In this document: positions 1-12,214 of the stretch, piece after piece
Layout: each line of letters starts with the position of its first letter
Numbering within the stretch: the stretch's first letter is position 1
From: Felis catus
Lineage: Eukaryota
Assembly: GCF_018350175.1 (NCBI RefSeq)
Contig: NC_058383.1
Span: 11,720,001-11,784,000 of the forward strand
DNA length: 64,000 bases
Direction: 5' to 3'
Notes under the pieces: model-generated
What the model was told of the DNA's origin: nothing
Databases searched by the model: none
Seen by the model: the letters and a program-made list of their open reading frames with translations, nothing else
Translations under genes and position numbers: made by a program

Positions 1-639
1 TTGATGGGCCCGACAAGTTTACGACCTTTTATTACAAACAGAAGGACATGCGTTGCAAGAAAGGAAGGTCATTTTAGAGATAAATGTGCAGATAACTAGG
101 CTCCATGAAACAGAGCCAAGAGGAAAAAGAAAACACAAAACAAAATATAAAGAGGGGGGTTAAAAAAAAACCCACACAATTGCACAACACAAACAGCATA
201 CATGTCACGGAAATCCGTTTACAGCAAAATTAAATAAGGTTCCTGCAAGCATTAATTTTCATATTTTCTGTTTATGCATCGTTGGAATTAGTCCCCGGCT
301 TTGATTTACGAAGAGTAAGACCAGGCACTATCATTCAGACATTTGCCAAATTCATTTAAGGGCTGGAACTTCCATTCAGATGGGACCAAATCCCTCTCTG
401 GTCGAAAGGGCAGGTGGAAAGTAATATGTCTTCATAAGAGTAGCTGAGGATTGACGTGCAGATTGTGTTTTGCCCTCCCTCCCTCCCTTCCTTCCTTCTC
501 TCCTTCCTTATCATAAAACATTCTCATCTCCTAACTGGGAAACAACACAGAGGAATGACGTCTTCCTGGCTCCCCATTTCCCATCCCACTTTCGGGAGAA
601 GACCAGCTCGGAGAGATGGCTAATGAAAAATATAACTCT

Positions 640-790
640 GATATGTGCAAGACACTGTTCTAAGCCATTGACAAACATTACCTCATTTTTTGCTCCTCAC
701 GAAAACCCTAAGGAGGTGCTATCATTGTCTCGTTTTATAGGTAAGAAAACAGAAACCCGGAGAGCTAAGTAGCCGGCCAAAGGCCAGAGG
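640..790 (-). mobile_element. MIR SINE fragment
   Basis: Degenerate reverse MIR core (ttttataggtaagaaaacagaaacccggagagctaagtagccggccaaaggccagag). Confidence 0.65.
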
Positions 791-809
791 GGGACCAACG
801 GGAAGCAAG

Positions 810-1134
810 ATATCCGTCCACCTGGGCCGCCCTCACAAAATCCCGTGGTCTGGGGGGCTTATAAACAAGGGAAATCTACTTCTCACAGTTCTGGAGGCCG
901 GAGGTCCAAGATCAAGGCACCCACAGATTCAGTGTCGGGTGAGAACCCGTTTCCTGGTTTGTAGATGGCTGTCTTCTCATTGGCAAAAGGGTCAAGGGAG
1001 CTCTCCCCGGGGTCTCTTTTATCAGGGAGCTAATCCCATCATCTTCTGAGGTCCCCACCTCCAAATACCGTCACACTGGGACTTAGGATTTCAACATATG
1101 AACTTGGGGGAGATACAACGTTCAGACCATAGCA
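810..1134 (-). mobile_element. MaLR solo LTR, MLT1A-like
   Basis: Reverse complement begins TGCTATGGTCTGAACGTT; contains tctcacagttctggaggc and tccaagatcaagg blocks typical of MLT1A. Confidence 0.85.
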
Positions 1135-1309
1135 AGGAGTCAGATGCCCGTTTGTAGGTCTCCGAGGCCTTAGCTCATCTCTTAGCTGAGATACCATCCT
1201 GCACCTGAAGCCGGTCACTCTCTTGTGCTGGCGAGTGGTCGAGGGGCCCACGCTGACACTGAACACATAGGACTTCCTGACCAATGTTCTGTCTGATACG
1301 CTGGGTCGC

Positions 1310-1430
1310 ACCTGAGAAAAATTATCCTGGACAGAGTTAAGTAGGCAAGGAAGACTTTATTCAAGACTATTGCAATAGGGGAGAGAGATTGAACTCGACA
1401 CCAAACACAGTGGGGGCAGCTGGGGACTTA
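1310..1430 (-). mobile_element. Possible ERV LTR 3' fragment
   Basis: gactttattcaagactattgcaataggggagagagattgaactc resembles the reversed poly(A)-signal end of old LTRs; family uncertain. Confidence 0.35.
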
Positions 1431-1437
1431 GATCGTA

Positions 1438-1649
1438 GGCGGTGTTTCTGGTTGAGCCTCGGTCGGTTGAGCGTCCGACTTCGGCTCAGGTCACGATCTC
1501 ACGGTTCGTGGGTTCCCCACGTCGCGCTCTGTGCTGACGGCTAGGAGCCTGGAGCCTGCTTCCGATTCTGTCTCCCTCTCTCTCTGCCCTCCCCCGTTTG
1601 CGTTCTGTTTGTCCGTCTCTCTCTCAAAAGTAAATAAACATTAAAAAAA
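1438..1649 (+). mobile_element. Carnivore SINE (SINEC, feliform)
   Basis: tRNA-derived head, GGAGCCTGGAGCCTGCTT, (CT)n, AATAAA/A tail; 5' end degenerate. Confidence 0.93.
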
Positions 1650-2094
1650 TGTTAGAAATACAAAGGCAGAAATACTTCCAGGCCCACAGCTCTATTCCAT
1701 GCTTTCTGCGAATGGCACCTTGTATGTGCTGTGTTTGCTGAGTACGTCTAGGTGTTGTTCTCGTTTGGAATACTCTCAGAACCTCTGGGTTTCAGGAACC
1801 AGTGTGAATCTGCCCTGAGCATTGAATCCAACAGTACAGAAGAATTTAACTCGAGATATTCTGATTTCTTTTTTCTTTCCTCTCTGAATATTCCTTACTG
1901 AGCTATATCCCAACTCAATCCAACCCCCAAACTAACCTTCCAGTTAAATTCCCTTTCTGTGAGATTTAAAGATTAAACTAGGACCGCACTGTTTGTATAA
2001 CTGTACGTGATTAGAGGTTTGATTTGTGTTCATTCATTCATCCCTTTGTTCATTTTTGGTAAGCACACTTTAATTTTTTTGTTGCATCAGAGGG

Positions 2095-2372
2095 TTTTAT
2101 TTTTTATATTTTATTTTTTTAGAGAGAGAGGGCGTCAGTGAGCAAGGGGCTGGGGGGGGGAGGGAAAGAGGGAGAGAGAGAGGGAAAGGGGGCTCACTCG
2201 AAGCAGGGCTCGAATTTTTTACCCAAAGCGGGACTTGTGCTCACCCGAAGCGGGGTTTAGACTCCCCCGAAGCGGGGTTCCAACTCACCTAACGTGAGAC
2301 TCGAACTCACGAACTGTGAGATCATGACCTGAGCCGAAGTTGGATGTCCAACCGACTGAGCCATCGGCGCCC
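2095..2372 (-). mobile_element. SINEC variant with tandemly multiplied B-box segment
   Basis: SINEC head at 2300-2372, (GA)-rich tract and T-tail; middle replaced by ~22-bp repeats related to GGGCTCGAACTCACCCGAAGC. Confidence 0.85.
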
Positions 2373-3879
2373 GGATGTAATCACTTGAGGCTCCTTCTCC
2401 CCAGGCACAGGGGCCGAGGGGAATCCAGCTTCTCCAGACCGTCTCCTTTTCCGGCTCTAAAACCAGGCTCTTTTTTGAGCCACTGGTTTTGCGGTCAATC
2501 GCTATGAGACTCACATGACATAAATGACACGCAGGCTCTAGAAGGTTCCGGAATATCAGTGCACCGACTGGACCGTGCACTGTCGCTTGATTCCCTCCCA
2601 AGCTGTAAAAGAGAACTCTGCCCTGTGCGACTGCACGCGGCCTTGTGGTGGTGTTTCCTCCGTGATGATCTCCCCTTTCACCAGATGTCAGCAAGGCTAT
2701 ATATAGGAAGGCGCGGTGCCTCTCGTAGAAAATTCGGCTCTGGTCCCAGCCGGGGAAAGCCGGCCCGTGTCCTGCGTGGCAGCGATGACCTAGGGGGGAC
2801 ATTTCTGCACGCTGGTGCCCTACCTCCTGCCTGAGAGATCACCTCTAGAGCTCCATTCCTTTGGCCCTTAAAGGCTTCTCAGGGTCTAAGGGTGGTCTCT
2901 TAAGAAGCACGGTTCCCTGGAAAAGGTGCCATCCTGGACCCTCACCGGCTGAGGGGATTAGTGGGCGACCGGCCGAGGGCAAGGTCTGGAACTGATCTCA
3001 CAAAGGGCGCCCAGGAGGAGCTGAGCTCTGCGAGGCCCCGGACAGAGCCCACAGGTGCAGCTCGACCTCGCAGAGACCCGTGGCCCACGGACCAGGCTTC
3101 TGAGGCCACTTCTCTTACGTTCTCGGTGCCAAAGGCAGAGGCGACGACTGGATTATGCCACGGCCGTCATCAGCTCAGGGCCCCGGGTAGGAGCTCTCTG
3201 CTCTGTGGGTGCCCGGTGTCCCAGGGGCCCAGGCCAGCTGCCGGTTCCTGTGGCGGGGTGGCTTTGAGCCCTTTGCTAGCAGCTCAGGCCTGACTGTTTC
3301 TCCTGGGCTGGCGCTCGGCCCCCACAGGCCCACAGAGCTGCCTCCTCCCTGTCCCCACCTCCCCAAGCTGCTCCCCACGGTGAAGTCTGGGTCTCACCAG
3401 TCCCTCAGAAACTCATGGTTGCTCGGAGCCCGGGGCAATTCACCTGGTTCTCTTCTCTCCATTCGCCCTAGAGTTTTTAAGGCTTTGTCTCCAGTCGCTG
3501 CCAGGCATTGGCTTGAAACTCTGACTCCCAGGCTGTTGCAGCTGTATGGTCAGCGCCTTAGAACTCCTTTGCCCGATCAGTGCCTCCGGCGCCCCCACAG
3601 TTTGGACGTCAAGTGTTTGGAGAGAGAAGGATGGCTTGTAAAGGAGGGTCTTGTTATTTTCCAGAAGGCTACTACGAAGACGTCAGGTGTATGGAAATAA
3701 CAGATGGGAAAGGCGGGCCGGGATCACCACTCTGAACTCAAAGTGCCATGTGGCCGGGCAAATAGATGTGCCCGGATTAGGAGGGAGATGCACAGAGAAG
3801 GGGAAGGAGAAACCAGGTATTTCAAACATCAGGGGGGTAGAGAGAATTGCATTAGGAGTATGGCATGCTTCAAAGGAAA

Positions 3880-3882
<3 letters not shown>

Positions 3883-3926
<44 letters not shown>
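3883..3926. repeat. (CA)22 microsatellite
   Basis: Directly visible. Confidence 0.98.
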
Positions 3927-3928
<2 letters not shown>

Positions 3929-4101
3929 AGCAGAAAGGTCTGGGCAAGATCATGAGCAAGGGTGAGCCCGTTAAAAGTTAATTAGCAGACGAATTTGTTT
4001 TCAGATGCATGGAATATAGTGGTTCCAGTGTTGGGGAGACTGTGCTGAAATTCTCATGACAGCTATAGCCTCTCTTTCTTAAAAAACAAAATACCTTTCT
4101 A

Positions 4102-4307
4102 GGGGCACCGGGGCGGCTCAGTCAGTTAGGCGTCTGACTTCGGCTCGGGTCGTGATCTCACGGCTCGCGAGTTCGAGCCCCGCGTCGGGCTCTTGTGCGG
4201 ACAGCTCAGAGCCTGGAGCCTGCTTCGGGTTTTGTGTCTCTCTCTTTCTGTCCCTCCCCTGCTCATGCTCTCTAAATAAATAAATGAATAAATAAAAAAT
4301 TTTTAAA
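4102..4307 (+). mobile_element. SINEC
   Basis: GGGGCACCGGGGCGGCTCAGTCAGTT head, B box GTTCGAGCC, (CT)n, A tail. Confidence 0.95.
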
Positions 4308-4639
4308 TGCCCTTGTAATGCACAGGTTTGGTACATAGCATAAGGGACATCAACGGGACCAGAAATCTAAGGGGTTCCCAATGGTGGTTCTTTCCTCTGA
4401 TTGAAAGAGTGGAGAGGTGACCAGCATTCAGAGACCGGACTTCCTACTCAGCAGATTTCCAGGAAGGACACTGACACGGGGCCCTCTCGCTCCGGCCACA
4501 ATGCCACGGCCTCAGGCTCTGATGAGGCATGCTGGTGGGGTCAGAGGCTTCCTCGAATCTGCCCTGCTTGAGCACCTGACTACAATCAGGCTGAGTAAGG
4601 CTCTTTAACGCGTGTCCTCTGTGTGTGAATCAGTGGGGG

Positions 4640-4775
4640 TACTATTCAAATATAGGGTGGGGGCATTTTTTCTTGGGATGAGACTGTTGCACACACTGGG
4701 TGGGGCTTTGTCCCTGGTCTCTAACCACTAACCACCAGGGGACCCCTCTCATGGTCATGGTGACTACCCCCCACC
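4640..4775. mobile_element. Possible MER20-like hAT fragment
   Basis: ccctggtctctaaccactaaccaccag resembles the MER20 internal block; highly decayed. Confidence 0.35.
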
Positions 4776-4777
4776 CA

Positions 4778-4997
4778 TTTAAAAAAATTTTTTTTAGTGT
4801 ATATTTATTTTTTGAGAGAGAGACAGAGTGCAAGCAGGGGAGGGGCAGAGAGAGGGAGACATAGAATCTGAAGCAGGCTCCAGGCTCTGAGCTGTCAGCA
4901 CAGAGCCCTACGTGGGGCTCGAACTCACATACCGCAAGATCGTGACCTGAGCTGAAGACGGACGCTTAACCGACTGACCCCCCCCACCAAGCGCCGC
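4778..4997 (-). mobile_element. SINEC
   Basis: Reverse T-tail, (GA)n, caggctccaggctctgagc, ggggctcgaactcac. Confidence 0.95.
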
Positions 4998-5313
4998 CCC
5001 CCTCCTTTTTTCAAGTGCAATTATTAGAGTCTGTACAATATGTAATTGGTGTGAAACCACTGCACCAGAATCGGTCAGGATTTGACCATTGTAGCGGTGA
5101 CGATAGTTACGGGAAGTAGGACCAAAGCACAGGCATTTTGGCCTGAAGCTGACAGCAGCCGGTCAAAACCTTCATCGTCCCCCTCCATTCTTGGTCTTTG
5201 CCCCAGAGCCTGGCCCGGGCCCTGCTGAGCCTTCCAAGCCAAGAACCACTCCAGACGCTCAAACAAAAGGCCACCCCTTGCCCTTGATTGAACAATTGGA
5301 ACAAGTGAGTTTC

Positions 5314-5520
5314 TTTTAACATTTATTTATTTTTGAGACAGAGAGAGACAGAGCATGAACGGGGGAGGGGCAGAGAGAGAGGGAGACACAGAATGGGAAG
5401 TAGGCTCCAGGCTCTGAGCCATCAGCCCAGAGCCCGATGCGGGGCTCGAACTCACGGACCGAGAGATGGTGACCTGAGCCGAAGTCGGATGCTCAACCGA
5501 CCGAGCCACCCAGGCGCCCC
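5314..5520 (-). mobile_element. SINEC_Fc-type with 16-bp TSD
   Basis: Full length; perfect TSD GGAACAAGTGAGTTTC at 5298-5313 and 5521-5536. Confidence 0.97.
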
Positions 5521-5989
5521 GGAACAAGTGAGTTTCAAGAGAGACAGCCACCAAAGGGACCCACCGTCCAAACAAGGCAGACCTCAGAGGAGACTTCTCT
5601 ACACGGCAGCAAGACCTCCGACTTCCCTGTTCCTCCTTCCAGATTCTACATCCTCTGATGCCGATTACCCCGCAGTTGAGGTTATGAAGGGCCTAGGTCA
5701 ATGCTGTTTTTCTTAAGTAGTAGGTGGGAAAGGGAACCTCAATGCCTCGCCTCGCCCCCCTCCACTTTACGCTGCAAAGAGGGGAAGTTTCCAAAGGGTC
5801 CCCCCCCCCGTAAGTCTCAGGGGTCCCGGAGAGCCTGGAACCCCCTGGTTTGAACCAGGTCATACAGATTCCCTGGCTGAAGGCCTTCTCAAAGCTGGTA
5901 ACAATTCAGAGCCAGGCACCTGGCCTGACGTCAGTGGGCACATTTGCACGTCCAGCCTGCTGTAGGAACTGCCTACTATAAATACCAGG

Positions 5990-6090
5990 GGTTTTCCGAT
6001 GAGAAAACTCAAGTTTGGATATGCCCAGAAACTTGCCCAAGAGGCACAGCTAGCAGGTGTTACGGTCCAGGTTCAAAGCGAGCTCCATTT
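5990..6090 (-). mobile_element. MIR fragment
   Basis: gatgagaaaactc...aacttgcccaagaggcacagctag matches reverse MIR core. Confidence 0.55.
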
Positions 6091-6194
6091 GTTGCCGGAG
6101 CGCATGGGCTTGGTAAACGCCCTTCTGATACACGAATATACGTAAGGCCCTTCTCGAGGCGGGCCCTGATGCTCTGAGATGTGTGTACGGAAAT

Positions 6195-6520
6195 TCATTA
6201 GGGTGGGTTCCTAGGATCAACAACCTGTGGAAGAAAACAAGACTGGCCGGTGAAGAAATTGAACTTGGCCGACCCGCCAGGGAGCCCCGGGGTTGGGAAG
6301 GCCTTTCGCGTCTGTCCCAGGGTGGGCCAAGGCATCTGGGGCTTTATTAACACCACTGCCACGCCCCAGAGCCCTGGTATTGAGCATTAGAAGACGCAGA
6401 CTTCCTTGAATGGGAGGATAGCTCTGAGCGAGGCATCCCTCTTCAGCTGAGAGCAAGTTCTTGGAGGGGAGAAGTTCATGAGTGGGGCATCCGGGCAGCT
6501 CCCAGCAGCGTCCACTACAT
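6195..6520 (-). mobile_element. ERVL LTR16-like fragment
   Basis: ctgagcgaggcatccctcttcagctgagagcaa block and overall layout resemble reversed LTR16-family LTRs. Confidence 0.5.
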
Positions 6521-7589
6521 CCCAGAGCCCTGCTTTGATGTGGGGGCATTCAGGCAGCTCACGACAGCACGGATGACACCGCAGAGCTTTGCTTGGGAGG
6601 ACCCGCCTGTGAATCTGGTGTCCCAGGGGACCAACCCACTCTGGGAAAGCCGTCTCAGAGACTGGAGCTTTAGCGACCAACAATCACCGTTGGAAGCCAT
6701 GGGATCTTACCACATTTCCTCCCCCAGAGCTTATAATAGAACACCATGATACCACATGAGTTTACACAACTGGGCACTTTTTTTTTAAAGCATATTTATT
6801 TATTTTGAAGATAAGATAAGATAAAAGAAGATAAGATAAAAGAAAATAGCAGTTCAGCCACAGTTTCTATAAGGTAAGCTAAGAAAATCTACATGTAGGA
6901 CCTAGAGTACAGGAGATTGAGTGTATTACTCTTGACTTAAGCTAGTTAGTGGCACAACAGCCTGGAATAGGATTCTCTGCTCGTAGCTACGCATCCTTCC
7001 CGTCACACCTGCCAGCCGTTGGTCCGGGGGGCAGGGATGCAAAGAAATTACATTCAGAAATCCCTTAGCCATGAGGGCAGACAACCTTACGGTTTGCAAG
7101 TTTGATGTGGAGACCAGCTGAAAGAGAGAAATTTCAGTGCGTTGCTCATTTGTCGTTCACCGGTCCCGCGGGGTCCCTGGGCGACGCGACGCTAACATTC
7201 GGCAGTGTCTACAAGATGACAACACAATACACTGAAAGGTAGCCTTTGACGGCATCAGAAGAGGGTAATACAGCCTCCCAGGAGTGGTAAGAGCAGGAAC
7301 AAATGTGAACCCAAGATCAAACGTCAGCCTGCTACACAAGACAAGACCGGGACGGGACCCAGGGCAGCCTCGGAGGGGAAGAGACGGCACTCAGGATCAG
7401 TGCTCTGAAACGGGAACGCGACTGATCTTCCAAGTAAACAGATGGACAGATCGCAGCCTCGTTTAGACGCTTGTTTGAGACGACGGTCACTGGGGTTTTG
7501 GTTTCTCTTCTATGAGCGGTTCATGGGTTTGCAGAATATAAATAGAACTACATTGAGACGGCTTGAAGGAGGCTAAAAGACTCGAGAGC

Positions 7590-7690
7590 CTAATTTCATC
7601 TTTCTTTATCAGAAAACCAAAGCCCAGAGAGGTTCATTGATTTGCCTGAGGTGACACAACTAGTTAGTCACAGAATGGATGGGAAGGCAG
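7590..7690 (-). mobile_element. MIR fragment
   Basis: gcccagagaggttcattgatttgcctgaggtgacacaactagttagt. Confidence 0.6.
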
Positions 7691-8174
7691 GTTTTTCTTC
7701 TTTTTTTTTTTTTTTTCCACTCGATGATGCATTTATTCTGCAGACATTGAACACTTCATGTGCATTGTGTCCTTGGACTTGAACCCGATGGAATACAGAG
7801 GTGGGTGGGGCACACTGCTTGTTTTCAAGAGGTTCTTGATCGTCCGTGAACAATTCATGAGACAACACAATATGAGAATGACACTGAAGCTTTTCCTCAA
7901 TGCTAACGGACGTGGACAAAATGCTAAGAGTCCCTAGCTACTCCTGGGACGTGGAGGAACAGGTGGAGGCTGTGTCTTCTATGCGGGTCCCCCTGTGGAC
8001 CAGACCATCCCTCAACTATCAGCCTCAACCCTGCCCGTGTCCGGAAGCAGTCGTCAGTGGGGCGGTGGGTAGATTCACTATTTTAAACCCAAGGGAGTTA
8101 CAGTCTGGAATCGCTCCTGTCAACATGGGCCCAGTGTTCCGTATGCCTCAGTACCCACCTTTGGTGTTACTTTA

Positions 8175-8394
8175 TTTATTTTTTTAATGTTTATTTCGTT
8201 TTGAGAGAGAGAGAGAGAGAGAGACAGAGCACACATGGAGGAAGGGAAAAGAGAGAGGGAGACGCAGAATCCAGAGCAGCTCCAGACTCCGAGCCATCAG
8301 CACAGAGCCTGACGCGGGCTCAGACTCACCAACCGTGAGATCACGACCTGAGCCCGAGTCAGACGCTTAACCGACTGAGCCACCCAGGCGCCCC
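8175..8394 (-). mobile_element. SINEC
   Basis: Full length; decayed TSD tttggtgttacttta / tttggcatcacttta. Confidence 0.95.
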
Positions 8395-9014
8395 TTTTGG
8401 CATCACTTTAAATGGCCCAAGTGCAAGGAAATGTTAAGAACAAAGAAGGGAATCTCTGAGCCCTTCCTGCAGAAAGTATCCCCAGATTTTGTCTCTGTGC
8501 CTCTGCTGTCTCTCTGTCTCCATTTCAGGCTGTGGTATGGGCTGCTCTTTGCGTGTCTACTTCGTTCTTCTGTTTTCTTCGGCTTACTTTTGTTGTTGTT
8601 GCTGTTTTGGTTTAGTTTATTTGCCACGATGCATAAGTTAAATCAGCTACTACTCCTGAGACGAGATGACCTTGGAACCCCAGCATCTGCTGCTGTTTGG
8701 TTTGCCTCTAGGTTCGGTGCTTAAGAGAGAGAGAGTAAATCCACTGGGCTCAACTTTGACTAGGTTCTCACCTCTCTTCCAGTCAGCTATGGTCAGGCGA
8801 GTGTGTTCAACTCTGGTAGCCAATGCCCTTAGGCTTTCTCCATCATCAATGGCTGTGGATCATCAAGGGCACCCTCTGGGCGGAAACTCTGAACTTGAAG
8901 GATGTCTACTCATCGTTGACTCTACACCATAGCTCTTTAGCGACACCTTCTAGATTTGAGGGGACATCTGCCTCAGTGTTTTTGTTTTCACTCAAGGGCT
9001 GTACCGTCACAGAC

Positions 9015-9405
9015 CTCAGTTCCATCAGCTATTCCGTGTCACAGACTTGGTGACTCAAGCAACATTAATTTATTTTATCATAGTTCTGAAGGCTAGAAGT
9101 CTAAGATCAACATGCCAGCAGGGGTGGTTTCTGGTGAGAGCTCCCTTCCTGCCTCGTAGATGGCTGTCTTGTCACTGTATCTCCACATGGCCTTTCCTCC
9201 GTGAATGTTCTCTTGGTATCTCTTCCTCTTCTTATCAGAACCCCAGCCCTATGGGATTAGGCACCCCCACTCCCATGACCTCCTTTATCCTTGACTACCC
9301 TTAAGGTCCTAGCTCCAAATATAGTCACTCCAGGGGTTAAAGCTTCAACATATGAATTTGGCATGGACTGGAGGTTGGGGGCAGGACACGATTCAGTCCC
9401 TCACA
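9015..9405 (-). mobile_element. MaLR solo LTR, MLT1A/B-like
   Basis: catagttctgaaggctagaagtctaagatcaa...cttcaacatatgaattt...attcagtccctcaca. Confidence 0.85.
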
Positions 9406-9632
9406 CTCAGCGGGTCCCCATGTAACTGGAAATGCTTCTGGTTACTGGATTTCCCTTTCCTGGGATCTCAATTCATGTCTTGCCTCATTTACTTCTGATG
9501 GGGCACAAAAGCCAAGTGAAAATTGACCAACACAAAAACGGGCAAAATTAACCCAAGCTGTTGGGCTAGTGGTTATGTTTGGCAATCAGTGACCAGAAGA
9601 AGGAGTGAAGAGGGCTTCTGAGAAGGTGTTTC

Positions 9633-9833
9633 TTTCTTTTTTAATGTTTATTATTTTTGAGAGAGACAGAGCAAAAGAGGAGCAGAGAGAGAGAGGGAGA
9701 CACAGAATCTGAAGCAGGCTCCAGCTCTGAGCTGTCAGCACAGAGCCCAACACAAGGCTTGAACTCATGAACAGTGAGATCGTGACCCGGCTGAGATCGG
9801 ATGCTCAACTGACTAGGCCACCAGGAGCCCCCC
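9633..9833 (-). mobile_element. SINEC (downstream unit of tandem pair)
   Basis: Full SINEC structure on minus strand. Confidence 0.93.
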
Positions 9834-9839
9834 GTCCCC

Positions 9840-10034
9840 TTTTTTAAATGTTTATTTATTTTTGAGAAAGAGAGTGCCGGGGGGAGGAGCAGAGAGAGAG
9901 GGAGACAGAGGAATCGAAGTGGGCTCTGAGTTGTCAGCTCAGGGCCCAATGCGGGACTTGAACCCACGAACTGCAAGATCATGACACGAGCCAAAGTCAG
10001 ACGCTCAACCCACTGAGCCACCCAGGTGCCCCCC
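9840..10034 (-). mobile_element. SINEC (upstream unit of tandem pair)
   Basis: Full SINEC structure; pair flanked by GAGAAGGT(G/A)TTTC. Confidence 0.93.
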
Positions 10035-10139
10035 GAGAAGGTATTTCACGATCTGGGTGCTGGTGGCATGGCTGTGTTTGGATTGTGAAAATTCATTGGC
10101 CGGCCTACTTATGGCATTGTGTGTGTATTTCTTCTCTGT

Positions 10140-10684
10140 GTCTGTTAGTTCCAGGTAGCTAGTGCTGTGTAACAAACCACCCAAACACGGTGGTTTAAAG
10201 CGAAGAGCAGAATTGGTTTTTCTTACAAATCTGTAATTTGGCAGGCCTTGACAGGGATAATTGTATCTTTGCCCCAGTTGGCAATAGCTGGGGCAGATCA
10301 GAGGCCGGGCACTAGGACCATCTGAAGGCTCACTCAACTCCCATGTCTTACAATTCATGCGAGCTGTCAAGTGAAACTTTAGCTGGGACTTGGCTGCAAC
10401 CCCCACAGGGAGCCTCTCTATGTGGCCTGGGCTTCTCACAACATGGCGACTGTGTTCCAAGGGTGAGCAGAGTCAGGGGGAAGCCATATTGCCTTTTCTG
10501 ACCTCGTAATGTCACTCACCCTGCATTTTGTTCATCAAAGCAGCCACAAAGGCTCGTCCAATATTCAGGTGAGGAAAAATAGACCCCGTCTCTGGAGGGG
10601 GAAAGGCAATGTTCTGAAAGAGTATCTGGACCAGATATATAGGTATGGCAAATTTTGAAGAAAAAAAAAATGCACCCCGCTACA
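10140..10684 (-). mobile_element. MaLR solo LTR, MLT1G/H-like
   Basis: tgctgtgtaacaaaccaccc start, ggcctgggcttctcacaacatggcg, ends ...gctaca. Confidence 0.8.
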
Positions 10685-11708
10685 ATGTTGTTTTTAACAA
10701 AAGGTTTGAAGAAAAAAAACACTTTAGGTACAATTAAAGTGAAAAAAAATAATAATAACAATTTGGGAGAAACAGGTTGAGCCCAAGTCGTCGTCAAGAA
10801 GTCTAAAGTCACGTCCCATCTCTCAATCCACTTTTGCTCTCCCAAGAGCCTCTGTCATTAGAAAAATCTCTGACAGGGAACCACCGTATGTGGAAAAGGT
10901 GTAATAAACAAGAAGTTAGCAGGAACTCACATTGTGGAGGTAGGCAGGTTATTACCCAGGGCTGGTTGAGGCCTGTGTGTTTTTCTCCCAGTCGTTTGTA
11001 ACCATAATGGAAGAAAAGAACATTACCTACAAAATGGGAGGTTTCGGTGTGTGGGAAATGGAGCATGAAAGGGATTTGTGCTGTGATGTAGAGATTAGGA
11101 AGAACAACCCAAGTGAATGAATGAATAGGATGCAAATATAGCACATTGAGGTGTAACTTCAGTGCAACTTCAGAGGTTTTGTAACTTGTAGAAATACAAA
11201 TTCTCTGAAGGAATGTTAAATAGATTCCCCACACCCCCCCTCCCCCGAAGGGAGCGTGATTGCATTGGAACGATTTGAAATTCCAGGGTGATGTCAGAGT
11301 TCGTTCCCCATGGAAACTCTCCGATGTCGCTTCTGTAGCCATGACTTCCTCTATGACGGGCCATACCCAGACACACAGTTGTCCTTCCTTGCCCTGTGTC
11401 ACCTGAGACCAATGCATCTACGTATGCGTTTTAACCTAAAACTTCTGACACTTCATCCTTCTTCCTAGAAGTTTCCTCAGACCCTCACTGTTTCATTTCC
11501 AGCTTCTCTGTGCTTTTTCGTCTTATCTTTTGATACTCATCCCATCGCCCATGTCCTAGTCACCCCAACCCTTGACCTTGAGGGCGGATTTAGTTTTCTC
11601 CATTTTGTCTCTCTGAGAAACAGGTCTCTTTTGCCCGAGGTTTTCTTATCCCTGGACATTTCAAATAATTGTTCCATATATTCAAGGACTTGGATCCCAT
11701 CCTAACTT

Positions 11709-11911
11709 AAAAAATGTTTTTTTAACATTTATTTATTTTTGAGATATAGAGACAGAGCACGAGTGGAGGAGAAGAGAAAGGGGATGGGGGCACAGAATCC
11801 AAAGCAGGCTCCAGGCTCTGAGCCATCAGCACAGAGCCTGATGTGGGGCTCGAGCTCATGGACCGTGAGATCATGACCTGAGGTGAAGTCGGACGCTTAA
11901 CCGACTGAGCC
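11709..11911 (-). mobile_element. SINEC, slightly 5'-truncated, 16-bp TSD
   Basis: TSD GATC(C/T)CATCCTAACTT at 11693-11708 and 11913-11928; first ~13 nt of head missing. Confidence 0.95.
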
Positions 11912-12214
11912 TGATCTCATCCTAACTTGGGGCTGGGGGTCAACAACGCGAATACAGGAGACCGGGCATCATCTGAGGTTACAACTGCGAAGACCGAGCA
12001 TGAACGGGGTGTGGGATTTCGTTCGAACAGTGTGGGAACGGCTCAAGATATCAGCACCATCGTGTATCTTCGCCGGCACTGCAAAGATAGAAACTTTGAA
12101 GTTGAATTGTGGTGATTTTCAGAAAAGAGTGGGGTGCAGATCCCCAGGAGCTTTGCATGATCCCCTTACGTGTGGGCCCAGGCCCTTACCGAGCTGCTCT
12201 CCCAAGAGATAAAG

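Noticed and set aside
2188..2312. Short interspaced repeats superficially like a CRISPR array
   Set aside because: Eukaryotic context; the units are diverged, contiguous SINE B-box copies without unique spacers, and there are no cas genes.
10809..11417. 202-aa ORF (likewise 13459-14130, 17930-18412, 28693-29274, 43120-43731)
   Set aside because: No recognisable family motifs, several use non-ATG starts or begin in repeats, and such lengths are compatible with chance in 64 kb.
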